A stretch of DNA of 64,000 nucleotides from Macrostomum lignano (lineage: Eukaryota): the NCBI GenBank assembly GCA_002269645.1, contig NIVC01000730.1, positions 1 to 64,000 of the forward strand, in the 5' to 3' direction. Below the pieces are notes generated by a model, which searched no databases, was not told the origin of the DNA, and saw nothing but the letters and a program-made list of their open reading frames with translations. A program made the translations under genes and the position numbers. Of the stretch, positions 49,213-64,000 are shown piece after piece. The first letter of the stretch is position 1; each line of letters starts with the position of its first letter.

Positions 49213-51851
49213 TCACAGGTACACCGGCGGGCTGTACGGTGGAGGCGGCTGCGATGATGTCGCAGTGGACGAACCCGACGGTCCTTCAGCAGCGGCAGCT
49301 GCACGCGGCAGCTCCGGCTGGGATGTGTACGGCGGTGGCGGTTGTTGAAGCTCCTCGCCGGACACCTTCAGCGACACAGTCGGCACTGGCAAAGCTTCAC
49401 TGTTGTAGAACGCAGCCGATCCGTACGCGGGCGCCGACGGCTCCGACGCGATGCCGAATATGCCGACGCCGCAACGACGGAAGCTGGAGGTCAGGCGGGA
49501 AGCGAAGCTCGTCTGAGTTGCCGCAGGGGCTGAGGCTGCGGCGGCGGTGGTGGCGGCTGCTGCTAATCGCTTCTTTTTGCACCGGATGGCGCAGATGATG
49601 GCGATGATAGCCGACACGGCAAGGACGATGAAAACCGACAAGCAGCCGAGCACGATCGCGAACGGCTTTGGTGGATAATCGTCTATGATAATTCCTGGAT
49701 TAGCGAGGCCAGGGGATGGGGGATTATTGCGAAAGTAAACATAGACTTCATTGATTCGTAGTTTTCTTTTATTGTTACTACAAGTAGGTTTTAAAGAAAA
49801 TGTAGATCTAAAATAACTACTGTACTTCTGTCTTCAAAAGCCAACAACACCTAATTCGTCGGTTGCTCGAATCGCAATTAAGTGAATCTAAGTAAATTTA
49901 AAGGTGAGGGGCGCCAGCACCAGTGGCGCCAGCACCAGGGGCGCCAGCACCAGGGGCGCCAGCACCAGGGGCGCCAGCACCAGGGGCGCCAGCATCATGG
50001 CGCCAGCACCAGGGGCGCCAGCACCAGGGGCGCCAGCACCAGGGGCGCCAGCATCATGGCGCCAGCACCAGGGGCGCCAGCACCAGGGGCGCCAGCACCA
50101 GGGGCGCCAGCACCAGGGGCGCCAGCACCAGGGGCGCCATCACCAGGGGCGCCAGCACCAGGGGCGCCAGCACCAGGGGCGCCAGCACCAGGGGCGCCAG
50201 CACCAGGGGCGCCAGCACCAGGGGCGCCAGCACCAGGGGCGCCAGCACCAGGGGCGCCAGCACCAGGGGCGCCAGCACCAGGGGCGCCAGCACCAGGGGC
50301 GCCAGCACCAGGGGCGCCAGCACCAGGGCGGGACCATGGGTAATTAACCCACGAGACTAATCAACCGAGCACTCTGGGACTCACTCGGAGTTCCGCAGTT
50401 AGCACCAGTGCAGTTCAGACTCTGCTCTTGTTTCTCGCTGTACGCCTTTGAGCCGAGGCAGGTGTCATCCGAGCCGGCAGTCCAGTGTGTGTACGGACAA
50501 GCGCAGCGACGGTCGCGAGTTCGAATTCGTTTGTACTGTCGGTGAGGCGAGAAGGAACCGTAGCTCCAGGTGCTCCAGTACTCCCAGGGGCACCACACGG
50601 TGTCGTAGTAGGGTTCCGGACTGCAAATTGGGATAGATAGACACTTTCATGTTCGTGTCAGTAGGTCTAGTAGCTACAGAACTTGACACAGTACAGTAAT
50701 AACTGCTCTTTACGACCCTCGCTCCGGTGTTGAGAATGCGGAGTACTTTATTTGTGACTGCATGCTCCGCCCTCACTCAGGACAGGCTCGTGCTTCTACC
50801 TCGGCCCAAACCCGGATCTCTCCGACGTTTTTAGGCCTAAGAATTTCTGCCAGCTTGTCCGCTACCTACATGTAAGGGCTACCGGGCGAGCGACCATCCA
50901 CCTCCGGGACTCTCTGGAGGGGGCCGCGCTGTGGACACCGGCACCACACCGGATCTCCCTGCGCGACAACACAGCACTAGCTTGATTTGTGTTGTCTTAA
51001 ATTCAATGCACTGGAGTGCTTCTGGATGTAGTTTAAGACAAAAAATTGTCTCGGAAGATGCCTCCAGATGAAAGGTTAATGGATCTTTACAAGTGCCTTG
51101 GAAAAACTCAGATATGACGTACCTCAAAAAAGTGTAAGAAAGATTTAGGCTCAAAGGCAACTAGAATTTCCTGGAAGTCTGTTCATGTATCGCGGAGAAA
51201 GTGTCCAGAAGGAGTGTTAGTGTATCAACCATAAAAGCTTGTAGAACACTGATTTAGAAGTGCTCGAGACGTAGGCAGGGAAGGACCAATAGAGTATGCC
51301 TGACTGAAAGGAGGTTCATGAACCACTAAATAGATCGAAGAACCTGGTTCTTATAGAAAACGTCATTAAAGTGCATTGGAGAAAGTTCATAGACTCCTAA
51401 TTAAGGCATCAAGAACTCACACAGGATAGGCAGTGGCGCACGCGTTAACCTTCAAAGAAGTTGAGAAAGTTCTCCAATGAGTCGATCTATTGGCTGGACA
51501 GCTCATGCCTCGATAATAAACAGCTCTAGCCATGTTTTCAATCCATTGCTCGCCGCCTTCTTCCCTACGCCACGAGTCCTTATCTGGTCCCGGACACGAC
51601 TTGGCAGCAGCTGGAGGCTCAGTGTTGCAGCAAAACCGCTTCCTTCGCATCCGGCATTCAACTGTTTCATGCATGTCGGACCAATCATCCGGAGTTCTGT
51701 GAGTCTCGCAAGTCCACGGCAGCCAGTCGCACCAGCCGGTCAGTTCGTCTGCTGTCACTGACGCATCTTTTGCTGCCCCTAGAAGAAGCAGAACAGTTAC
51801 AGCGACCAACATTGCCCGGGAAATCAGCGCTTTAGGCTGCGTATCGGACAT
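49213..51851 (-). CDS. Type I membrane protein: signal peptide, two TSP1-like Trp/Cys repeats, TM helix, two PPPPY motifs (402 aa)
   Basis: Exons 51851-51450, 50865-50777, 50620-50385 and 49694-49213 are all phase-consistent. WCDWLPW...RMRRKRFC; [11 protein letters not shown]...RIRTRDRRC; [31 protein letters not shown]; QPPPPY twice. Confidence 0.8.
49907..50330. repeat. 15-bp minisatellite (GGGGCGCCAGCACCA)n in intron 3 of the TSP1-TM gene
   Basis: Nearly perfect tandem units; source of the GAPAP / RQHQG ORFs. Confidence 0.96.
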
Positions 51852-52454
51852 CGGGCTTTCTGTTATTACACGCGAACTGAGTGAGTTGTTGAACTTGAGC
51901 TGTTCAGGCGAAAAGCTGCGCCCCAGCTTAATAAATATGTTGATGATGATGGGGCGTTGCTAGAGCTAAGTTTTTCTGCTCTCTTGTCTGCCCCCCCGTC
52001 TGCACATGGGAAAGTACATTTACAGCAGAGGATAGAGAGAGAGACAAGTTTCTCTGCACCCCGTACGCGGTTTCTTGCTGCAGCCCTCCGTCGTGGATCA
52101 ATAGCTGAGGTTTGGGGAGGGGGGTACAAGGAGTCGAAATGAATTTCTTCTCGTGAGTACGCGCACAGCGTTATAAATATCCAACAGTTTAGAACAAAAG
52201 ACCCTTGCGCGTCTGCGTTTCTATACTTTGCTTAACTAGATCTCTCTAGCTAGAGTCAAGAGAGTCAAACAAACGAAGCAAAAGGGTCTTAATAGTTCAG
52301 TAGATGAACCAACGTCGGTTAAAGAATTCATGACAGATAACATTTTTAACCAAGTAGCTTTGACTTTACTTTAAGTAGCTGCAGAGCAAAAGTATATTTA
52401 AATTGCAGATGTCACGTGACTGTCCTAGCAGAACGATTCCATGTATCTTTAATT

Positions 52455-52860
52455 GAGTGGCGATTCTATCCTTAATTGAGGGGCGATTCTATCCTTAATT
52501 GAGGGGCGATTCTATCCTTAATTGAGGGGCGATTCTATCCTTAATTAAGGGGCGATTCTATCCTTAATTGAGAGGCGATTCTATCCTTAATTGAGGGGCG
52601 ATTCTATCTTTGATTGAGGGAAGATTCTAACCTTAATTGAGGGGCGATTCTATCTTTGATTGAGGGACGATTCTAACCTTGATTGAGGGGCGATTCTATC
52701 CATAATTGAGGGAAGATTCTATCCTTAATTGAGAGGCGATTCTATCCTTAATTGAGGGGCGATTCCATCCTTAATTGAGGGGCGATTCCATCCTTAATTG
52801 AGGGGCGATTCTATCCTTAATTGAGGGGCGATTCTATCTTTAATTGAGGCTCGATTCTAT
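52455..52860. repeat. 23-bp minisatellite (GAGGGGCGATTCTATCCTTAATT)n
   Basis: Intergenic tandem units; shares the GAGGGGCGATTC core with the POLR3K arms. Confidence 0.94.
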
Positions 52861-53000
52861 CTGTAGCCCAGTCGCTTATCAAGATAAGTAAATATTCAAG
52901 GCCACTAAAGCATCAAATTAACATCGCAATCCGAAAGACTTGACCAGCAATAGTTATTAGTAAGCAAGAAGCGCAGAAGAGCAAAGGTTCATTTAACAGG

Positions 53001-54571
53001 TCACTGCTGCTGCGAGCCAGTCTGGGACAGGTGCCGGATGACGTCAACCCAATCCCAGCCCCTGGGCAGCTCGCCTTTGTTATCTAACCGATCATACAGA
53101 CGCCGCTTCTGCGACTTGGTCATCTGCTCCTGCTTGCCCGCTGCCTGCTGCTGCTTTGCAGAAGAAGCAGACACAACAGAAGGAGCGGCGGCAGCGGCAG
53201 CCGCCGACTGCTGCGCTTGCGGCGACTGAAAATTTGCCGTCAACTCGGCCAGATTGTCCTTCACGTGCTGGAACAGCGTGAAAGTCATTGGAGCGCCCAG
53301 CCAGTTCTCCGCTTCCTTAGCAACCGCTGTTGTCAAGACCGCTTTATCAGCTGCGGCGATGTGCCGATTGTAGAATGCGTCCAGGCTGATGAGGGGCGCC
53401 TCGGATGGGTAGTTGGGGCCCCAGCGGATGTCCAGCAGCAGCGACTTGCTGGCATCATCGGTCTCGAACTGCGAGTTTCCGGGCGATAGGGCATTGTGAA
53501 TTAGGGTTTGGAATCTGGGATCTGGGATCTGGGATCTGTGATCTGGGATCTAGGATCTGGGATCTAGGATCTGGGATCTAGGATCTGGGATCTAGGATCT
53601 AGGATCTAGGATCTAGGATATAGGATCTGGGATCTAGGATCTAGGATCTGGGATCTAGGATCTGGGATCTAGGATCTGGGATCTAGGATCTGGGATCTAG
53701 GATCTGGGATCTAGGATCTGGGATCTAGGATCTGGGATCTAGGATCTGGGATCTAGGATCTGGGATCTAGGATCTGGGATCTAGGATCTGGGATCTAGGA
53801 TCTGGGATCTAGGATCTGGGATCTAGGATCTGGGATCTAGGATCTGGGATCTAGGATCTGGGATCTAGGATCTGGGATCTAGGATCTGGGATCTAGGATC
53901 TGGGATCTAGGATCTGGGATCTAGGATCTGGGATCTAGGATCTGGGATCTAGGATCTGGGATCTAGGATCTGGGATCTAGGATCTGGGATCTAGGATCTG
54001 GGATCTAGGATCTGGGATCTAGGATCTGGGATCTAGGATCTGGGATCTAGGATCTGGGATCTAGGATCTGGGATCTAGGATCTGGGATCTAGGATCTGGG
54101 ATCTAGGATCTGGGATCTGGGATCTAGGATCTGGGATCTAGGATCTGGGATCTAGGATCTGGGATCTAGGATCTGGGATCTAGGATCTGGGATCTAGGAT
54201 CTGGGATCTAGGATCTGGGATCTAGGATCTGGGATCTAGGATCTGGGATCTAGGATCTGGGATCTAGGATCTGGGATCTAGGATCTGGGATCTTGGATTC
54301 AGGATCTGAGATGGGTATAACAACAATGCAATGCAAAACATATGATGCAGAGGCACACCTTGTACTGATAATGATTATCAGCCAGCACAGTGAAGCACTC
54401 GTCACCATCATAGATGCTGAGCAGAACGTCTTTCTCTTCCTGGATAAAATTGATAAGTTGATAAAATTTATTCTAGTAAAATCAGACACAATGCTATTTA
54501 TTATTCATGTAAAAAGTCTATCATCATAAAAAGATTACCATCTGCTCCTGTGTTAGCAGAACCTCTTCCAT
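53001..54571 (-). CDS. RWDD4: RWD domain-containing protein 4, 193 aa
   Basis: Exons 54571-54539, 54439-54359 and 53468-53001. LLSIYDGDECF, YPSEAP, LGAPMTFTLF, MTKSQKRRL, GELPRGWDWVDVIRHLSQTG. Confidence 0.93.
53512..54312. repeat. 14-bp (2x7) repeat (GGATCTGGGATCTA)n in RWDD4 intron 2
   Basis: Highly homogeneous tandem units. Confidence 0.97.
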
Positions 54572-55019
54572 CGCTGCAGGATCAGAGCAGTTCAAATATT
54601 TGGTTTAAACAAAACAGAAAAAAGAAATTGAGAAAGGACAGGTATTTTTAGTTTATCTGATAAATTTGGACAACTAAGAAGCTACTTAAAGTAGAAAGTA
54701 TAACTTTGCGTCTTTTTAATTTAGAGTCAGAGTAATGTATATATTAATATGTAGCACGTATTTACTGTATTACAGCAGTGAATATAGATTGTATTCCAAT
54801 CTAATAAATCAAAAAATTAATTTCAATTGATGATTTTAAATAGTGTCAGTTTACAGGGAGCATGCGGATACTGAATTGCGGATACTGAATTGCGGACACT
54901 TCAAGTAGGTCAGGAAATATACAGACTAAAATAGCATATTAGCACTGGGATTGCTAGCATTTTAGTCAGATCGACTCGCTCTGCAAATCAATAAGCTCTG
55001 AGAACTAGAGCACAATCTG

Positions 55020-55645
55020 CTCTAGAATCTACCAAATTTACTTTAAATCTACCCACACTACTCTAGAATCTACTCAATCTACTCTAGAATCTACCCACTG
55101 TACTCTAGAATCTACCCACTCTACTCTAGAATCTACCCAATCTACTCTAGAATCTACCCACTCTACTCTAGAATCTACCCACTCTACTCTAGAATCTACC
55201 CACTCTACTCTAGAATCTACCCACTCTACTCTAGAATCTACCCACTCTACTCTAGAATCTACTCACTCTACGTACTCTAGAATCTACCCAATCTACTCTA
55301 GAATCTACCCACTGAACTCTAGAATCTACCCACTGAACTCTAGAATCTACCTAATCTACTCTAGAATCTACCCACTCTACTCTAGAATCTACCCAGTCTA
55401 CTCTAGAATCTACCCACTCTACTCTAGAATCTACCCACTCTACTCTAGAATCTACCCACTCTACTCTAGAATCTACCCACTCTACTCTAGAATCTACCCA
55501 CTCTACTCTAGAATCTACCCACTCTACTCTAGAATCTATCCACTCTACTCTAGAATCTACTCACTCTACGTACTCTAGAATCTATCCACTGAACTCTAGA
55601 ATCTACCCACTGTACTCTAAAACCTACCTACTCTACTCTAGAATC
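55020..55645. repeat. 21-bp minisatellite (TACTCTAGAATCTACCCACTC)n
   Basis: Tandem units between LZIC and RWDD4. Confidence 0.94.
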
Positions 55646-55737
55646 AACGCACATACGATTTAAGCACAAACCAATCCACTCAAAAAGCAGTCTGAACCAT
55701 CCATCAGGCAACAGATCAGTTTACAGAAATTAGCCAG

Positions 55738-57169
<1,432 letters not shown>

Positions 57170-57309
57170 CGCTGCTGCTGCCTCTGCACTCTGATTGAGC
57201 AAAATGAGCCGCTGCGCTTGCTGGCCGATAGGCTGAATGCAAATCCAACAGGAAATATGCGGGATAAATTTATGCTGCTGTCCGTCCCCTGTGGCGGCGT
57301 CTGGATCAG

Positions 57310-57311
57310 CC

Positions 57312-57348
<37 letters not shown>

Positions 57349-57505
57349 GCCTGTCTGTCTGTCTGCCTGTCTGTCTGTCTATCTGTCTGTCTGCCTGTCT
57401 GTCTGTCTGTCTGTCTGCCTGTCTGTCTGTCTGTCTGTCTGTCTGCCTGTCTGTCTGTCTGCCTGCCTGTCTGTCTGCCTGTCTGTCTGTCTGTCTGACT
57501 GTCTA
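57310..57505. repeat. (CTGT/CTGC)n microsatellite
   Basis: Directly visible. Confidence 0.95.
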
Positions 57506-57984
57506 TTTTATAGCTACACCACAAAAAACAAGGGCATATTTTTGTCCCTGCTTGGAAAGAATTCTGTACCTACTTTTAAACCCCTAATTTTTCAAGCGAT
57601 TTTTATTACCGGGCTAAAGAAATAAAAATTCAGTAAATCAATAAATTCATAATACAAAAAACCGAGTGCTAAACGTGTATTTGGCAACAGGAAAATGGCA
57701 ATAAAAACAATATTTTATAATCCCTATGAGTATAAGAATTTGACTGGATTCTGTAGACTGTAAACTAAAAAATGCAACAGAAAATGGACTCGAAAAAATG
57801 TAAAACAAAATTCTGTGCGTCTTGGCAGTTACATGTAAACTCAAGAGCTGCGACCTGAAAATGAAAAAAATTACTTCTACAGTAAACAGAAAATGAAGTG
57901 TTGAAGCTCTGCTGCTGCAGACATACTTTTAATGGAGGGCGGACTTGCGGAAGTCAGAAAACGATTCACGCAATAGAACTTTTG

Positions 57985-58850
57985 CTTCTGTGTCTATCTA
58001 CCTGTCTGTGTGTCTATCTGTCTGTGTGTCTATCTACCTGTCTGTGTGTCTACCTGTCTGTGTGTCTATCTGTCTGTGTGTCTATCTACCTGTCTGTGTG
58101 TCTATCTACCTGTCTGTGCGTCTATCTACCTGTCTGTGTGTCTATCTACCTGTCTGTGTGTCTATCTACCTGTCTGTGTGTCTATCTACCTGTCTGTGTG
58201 TCTATCTACCTGTCTGTGTGTCTATCTACCTGTCTGCGTGTCTATCTACCTGTCTGTGTGTCTATCTACCTGTCTGTGTGTCTATCTACCTGTCTGTGTG
58301 TCTGTCTACCTGTCTGTGTGTCTATCTACCTGTCTGTGTGTCTATCTATCTGTCTGTGTGTCTATCTACCTGTCTGTGTGTCTGTCTACCTGTCTGCGTG
58401 TCTATCTACCTGTCTGTGTGTCTATCTACCTGTCTGTGTGTCTGTCTACCTGTCTGTGTGTCTATCTACCTGTCTGTGTGTCTATCTACCTGTCTGTGTG
58501 TCTATCTACCTGTCTGTGTGTCTATCTACCTGTCTGCGTGTCTATCTACCTGTCTGTGTGTCTATCTACCTGTCTGTGTGTCTATCTACCTGTCTGTGCG
58601 TTAATCTACCTGTCTGTGCGTTAATCTACCTTTCTGTGTTTATCTACCTGTCTGCGTGTCTATCTACCTGTCTGTGTGTCTATCTACCTGTCTGTGTGTC
58701 TATCTACCTGTCTGTGTGTCTATCTACCTGTCTGTGTGTCTATCTACCTTTCTGTGTTTATGTACCTGTTTGTGTTTATCTACCTGTCTGTCTGTTTATC
58801 TTCATGTTTTTGTTCCTCTACCTTTTTGTGTTTACGTACCTGTTTATGTG
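57985..58850. repeat. 20-bp minisatellite (TCTATCTACCTGTCTGTGTG)n
   Basis: Tandem units that decay toward 58850. Confidence 0.95.
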
Positions 58851-59053
58851 TGTAAGTGCATAATGGAGAATAACAGAGTACCTTAAGGTGTCTGAGGATG
58901 CGCAGAAAAACATTTTTTGTTATTAATTGTTTTGAAACTACTAAAAGGATACAATTTTATTGATTTCAATGCTTGTAGTTGCAGTTGTTATAGTATATAA
59001 TTATAGAACAGAGAAGCCAAACACCCGATCTTATTATATTTTTGAATCGCAAG

Positions 59054-62000
59054 CTACATCTTCTTATAATCGCCTTTAGCTTCAACACTGCGACCAATTG
59101 TTTTGTCGACAGACTTTGGGCAGCAACGCTGATCTGAACGCGACTTAACAGCGTACACAGCGCAGGTGAACGGTACAACAGAGCCGGCGCATCCAGCGAT
59201 AAACAGCAGCCGCTGGCTGGGTGTGAGAACCTCCAGTATGGGATAGACCCACCAGCCTGTGACACTGTGGATCACGTGAACCCAAGCTATGTAAGCCAGG
59301 CCAAGGCTCATGCTGGTTAGCAACAGAACCCATAGGCGGGGTGAGTCGCGGCTAGGCAGAAGACAGTAATTCACCAGCGAGGCTGCACGGTAGTGGTGGG
59401 CGGAGAGTCAGGTGCTTTGGATTCCTCTTTTATCTCATCTCATGCTGTGTTTATCTCATCTCCCGCTGTGTTTATTTCATCTCCCGCTGTGTTTATCTTA
59501 TCTCATGCTGTGTTTATCTCATCTCCCGCTGTGTTTATCTCATCTCCCGCTGTGTTTATCTCATCTCCCGCAGCGTTTATCTTATCACCCGCTGTGTTTA
59601 TCTCATCTCTTGCTGTGTTTATCTCATCTCCCACTGTGTTTATCTCATCTCATGCTGTGTTTATCTCATCTCCCGCTGTGTTTATCTCATCTCCCGCTGT
59701 GTTTATCTCATCTCATGCTGTGTTTATCTCATCTCCCGCTGTGTTTATCTTATCTCATGCTGTGTTTATCTCATCTCCCACTGTGTTTATCTCATTTCTC
59801 GCTGTGTTTATCTTATCTCCCACTGTGTTTATCTCATCTCCCGCTGTGTTTATCTCATCTCCCGCTGTGTTTATCTCATCTCCCGCTGTGTTTATCTCAT
59901 TTCTCGCTGTGTTTATCTTATCTCCCGCTGTGTTTATTTCATCTCCCGCTGTGTTTATCTTATCTCATGCTGTGTTTATCTCATCTCCCGCTGTGTTTAT
60001 CTCATCTCCCGCTGTGTTTATCGTATGTCACTGTGTTTATCTCATTTCTCGCTGCGTTTATCTTATCTCCCGCTGTGTTTATCATATTATAGGACCAGTA
60101 ACAGGCATTAACATAAGTTACCTGGCAAAATAGCTGTGTGCAAAGCGTGATTATGCCACACAGGTATGTACTCATCTAGCTCAGTTGGATAGACCAACTC
60201 TCGATTAATTAGAAACAGTGTCCAAAATAGAACAAAGACCAACTGAAACGAAAGGCAGGAATAGGATAATGACAGTACCTTGCAAAAGGAAGTGAATTAA
60301 AAGTAAAAGCAATATTAAATAAACAAACATTATTAAAATTCTCACTAAAGAAACAGCCGAACTGGTACCAGCAAGGACTGCATTGAATTTGTGCAGAATA
60401 TTCCTATTGTCTAGGAGGCAGCAGATGACACTGAAGACTAGACAGCCACATAGAAATACCTAAAAAATTAAAATAAAAAATCATGCAGACATGTATTCAC
60501 ATACAATTATTTAAGGTATACAATAGCCATTTTACTTCAATCTAAAATTGAATATAGCATAAATCAGAATATTATTATGTCAAAATAGCTAGTTTATTTT
60601 AAATTATTGCAATACTAATCCATAGTTGGGATTGTATATTAGTGTACCCCAAGTTTAATGCCAGAAAAAATGACAAGACCTCATCTGTAAGCCAGGTTTA
60701 TGCACCAATATACAAAATTTGTCATTTGACTCTCAATGTATCTGCTGTGTCATGTACACTGGGATATACCCTGGTGTATGCAAAAAATGATAAGATCCTT
60801 GTTGTACACCAAGAAATCCCAGCGTACATGTTGCCTTCCAAACTATAGATACTAATATATATACAAAAATTTTACTTGAATATTTCACCTAAAGTCAAAT
60901 TCTACTAGATTCTTATTAGTGTTCCGCCATAGCCGGCAAATATAGTAAAATAGGTGCATATGGCAGCTACTAATACGCCTATGGTAGCTAGCTGCTCTTA
61001 TGGCTACGACTACAGAAATATGGTAGTCATACATGCGCAACAGTCGGCCGAGTCGGCCGATCCGGCCGACCGATTTGGCGGCCAACCAAGGAAGTCGCAA
61101 AAACACCTACCCAAAAAACACCCAAGTAGTAGTACTAAGTAGCTGACAAGGCATTTTTACTTAATAAGACAGTCATAGTTACTCCTGCCGTTTACCCAAA
61201 GTTGCGTTAATTTTGCTTTAGGGTTTTTTACATGTAAGTCGCATTTTTAGCCAAAAACTACGTCGCATTTTTGTTAAAACTAAGTCGCACGGCCGACCAA
61301 ATTTTGGAGGTTGCGCATGTATGATGGTAGTTGCTGTCACATTCCATAGATTCCCATAGCCATAGTTATTAATGTTAAAAATTGAAAAAATACTAGAAAC
61401 AGGTAGAGTAAAACAAAGATCCTTTTAGTAAAATGTATTATCAACCTATAAACTTATAAAATATACCTAAAAATATAATAAAACACTAGAAAATTCTAAT
61501 TTTTATTAATGTGAAAAACTTTAGCGTTAGTACTTTCAATAACAATTAAGTATTGTTGCTCTAAAAAAGACGAAATATAATCTTACAAAGACAATTAAGT
61601 GTTTCTTTTATTTTCTAATTTAATTTGCAGTTGTTTAAGCACTATGTTATCTTCTTGATTCAAAATATTTTGTTTTTTAGACTTTTTGTTAAAACTATGG
61701 CTACAGCTACGGGAACTATAGGAATATCGTAATTTCGGGTCTCTACAGCTATGGAATACACGGCATATGTTGAATTTATGCTAACTATTGCAAGGCAGAC
61801 CAAATGTACGCCGAATATCTTTGGCTATGCCGATGCACACTGGAATTTTTGACGAAAAAAGCTACTTTCCTGACTATGGTGTGCAAGCAATGCAGTTGTG
61901 GCAATGCAACATAGTGCAGGTTGTTATAGAATGTTTAAAAGCACAGTATATCAAATATAATATAAATTGAAATTAAAAATCTATCAAACTACATTTTAAA

Positions 62001-62783
62001 ATATAGAAACTACATAGGCCCATATTATTATTATAAATTACTTTTATTATGAAATTTAAAGAGGCAATATATTTAAATAATCCTAGAAATATGCTACATA
62101 ATAGTGCCAAATATAGCAATAATATATAGTTTATTATAATTAATATATGAAACTAATAAAACAATTTTGAAAACAACATAATTTTTTCAAAAAAATGTGA
62201 GAAAACTATAATTAAAAAAGAGATTTTTTATCTTAAGTTTTTTAGGTTGATTATTGACCTTCTAATGTATGAATTTGAATATTACTTTTAGAAGGCCTGT
62301 TTAAATTACATTGATTACAATTAATTGCTAATGGAACATAAAAAAATACTTATAAAGAACAACAATTATATAAAACCCTAATCAGAAAATGTCTTTACTT
62401 AACAGATAAGATTGAGCATAATAAGAAGTTTGATTAGTTAGACAATAGTATACATTGGCACAAAAGAAAAGGCAAGTTTAATTGGGCAGAACTGCAATAT
62501 CCAGATTAAAAAATTATAACTATACTACAGGTACAAACCAAACACAATTGAACACAGTATACAGTAGGGGCCTAGACTTCATCTTCTACTTAAATATTTA
62601 CTAATAAATAATACAGATACTTACAATGTTCAAATTTGTTAGCATAGTGTACTTTCCAGTAAAAATGCTGCTTTCCGTTAAATCATCTCCAAAGACAATG
62701 TGCTTCTCATTGTAGTAGACAACAAACGAAAAAAATAAGGCTAAAAAGACGCGAATGCACACTGAATTTGACAGTCGCGACAT
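59054..62783 (-). CDS. AIG1: AIG1/ADTRP-family (FAR-17a) membrane hydrolase, 240 aa
   Basis: Exons 62783-62625, 60459-60346, 60242-60122 and 59382-59054 are phase-consistent. GKYTMLTNLN (catalytic Thr region), FWTLFLINRELVYP..LD..IPVWHNHALHT (catalytic His), YIAW...TGWWVYPILE. AIG1 versus ADTRP orthology is not resolved. Confidence 0.88.
59425..60082. repeat. 21-bp minisatellite (TCTCATCTCCCGCTGTGTTTA)n in AIG1 intron 3
   Basis: Tandem units; source of the ISSPAVF / CLSHLPL ORFs. Confidence 0.95.
61032..61319 (+). mobile_element. MITE, CATGYGCAAC-TIR family, copy 3 (best preserved, TA TSD)
   Basis: TA|CATGCGCAAC...GTTGCGCATG|TA, located in AIG1 intron 1. Confidence 0.88.
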
Positions 62784-63805
62784 TTTATTGCTTCTCTGCA
62801 CTTTTAATTCGAAATAAGCCTACGGATTAAAATATTATGCACACATCACCGTCAAAAGAAGCTAACTCTAATTTCTGGTCTGTTGATTTAAATTTCTGAT
62901 ATGAGAGAGAAAACCTGTACGGTAATTCTAGGAAATCACCGTGTTTAAATACTAATATCATGGGCCTGTACATAGCGTTTGTTGTGTACCTTAAAACAAA
63001 TTTATGTAAGCCTGAAAGTTTACAACCACTATTACTGATGCTTTTTTTCCATCAATATACTCATAATTTCAGTTGACTGACTTTAAATTATCTGGTTTCT
63101 CGCTTCTTTCTGCAACATGCAGTGTCATCCGATGACGCTTATTGGGCTCGTTGTTGCCTAATATTAAAACATGTCGTAATTATTGCATGTACTTTTTCAG
63201 AAATTCATTTACACTGCGATATGAGCATGAGTACATATATAATTATAATTTGTCTTACATTGTGCTGAGCATAACCTTTACCTGTACCTTGTACCTTAAT
63301 GCGTCCTTCAATACATCAGATAAATATACATTTATGACATGATTACATGTATGTGCCCGTGACTCAGCCCCAGTGGATAATTTTAAGCAATAAAGTAATG
63401 ATGAATTTTAATTACTGTACAGAATCTTCACTACAGGTACATTTCATAAGCAAAATGAATGGCCACATTAAAGTATAAATTTATTTTATCTAGATAATAT
63501 ATTATAAGAAAGATTAGAAATTTCTGTTCAAGCTAGAATAACAGTATATAATTTGACTGGAATAGTTGGCTTAAGCAGACAAAACGTCAAAAATTGATTT
63601 GGAAGGCACATCGAATAACATACATGCACATCTAAATGTATTTTTCAAGGGAATTATAAAGTTGGATATGCCAATGTGAAAAATTATCTATAATCAGCTA
63701 TAGTGATCTATGAATAAATATAGCTTGTAAGCATCAACTAAATAATTAAGCATCAAACACAAACGAATGTAAAAAATAGCGACAATTTGCTTAACTAAGC
63801 TACTG

Positions 63806-64000
63806 TCAGTAGGCTCGCATCGAAGCCTGATAGATACCGGCAATATCGTCGCGGGTCTGCGGACAGGGCGCAATGCTGCGCAGTCGCTGCTGCGGCAGGA
63901 CACCCTCGACAAGCGAGTCGATGTGCGAAGCGTCAAAGCCCAGTGCCTGAAGGCCGTCGGGCACGTCAAGATCGTGCATAAGCTGGCGCACCTGGTCGGA
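63806..64000 (-). CDS. ADHFE1: Hydroxyacid-oxoacid transhydrogenase, last exon (runs off the window)
   Basis: LMHDLDVPDGLQALGF...LVEGVLPQQRLRSIAPCPQTRDDIAGIYQASMRAY* matches the ADHFE1 C-terminus from memory. Confidence 0.9.
   Translation of the reverse strand, partial: SDQVRQLMHDLDVPDGLQALGFDASHIDSLVEGVLPQQRLRSIAPCPQTRDDIAGIYQASMRAY

Noticed and set aside
60640-60850. Faint AIG1-like peptide fragments within AIG1 intron 1
   Set aside because: They need frameshifts and a stop, and there is no nucleotide similarity to the real exons.
63175-63200. TTATTGCATG resembling the 3' end of a flatworm SL exon (SL RNA gene)
   Set aside because: It is not followed by a GT donor or a recognisable Sm-site arrangement, and the upstream sequence does not resemble an SL.

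Overview
Eukaryotic (animal) genomic DNA, gene-dense and very repeat-rich. Intron structure, GC-rich coding sequence and minisatellite-filled introns suggest a free-living flatworm such as Macrostomum; this is an inference, not a database match. I reconstructed phase-consistent exon chains by hand for a class IV sirtuin, UBLCP1, NPC2, MCAT, POLR3K, MED30, AURKAIP1/mS38, RWDD4, LZIC, an AIG1/ADTRP hydrolase, the last exon of ADHFE1, a TSP1-TM-PPxY receptor, two C-type lectin genes and a partial LamG-like gene. Most genes lie on the minus strand in compact head-to-tail runs with a splice acceptor just upstream of the start codon, which resembles spliced-leader (SL) trans-spliced operons. Mobile DNA includes a young Ty3/Gypsy element with identical 196-bp LTRs, a Crypton-like tyrosine-recombinase fragment linked to a TIR-bounded MITE, a hAT MITE with a perfect 8-bp TSD, several TA-flanked MITEs, a tRNA-derived SINE and an RTE-type LINE fragment. 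About 20 tandem arrays produce most of the long spurious ORFs in the track. Highlights: POLR3K has no usable ATG and sits between two ~1-kb inverted arms of one 24-bp minisatellite; the Crypton-like element appears to carry TIRs; MITE copies show clear CpG decay. No CRISPR, rRNA or genuine tRNA gene was found.
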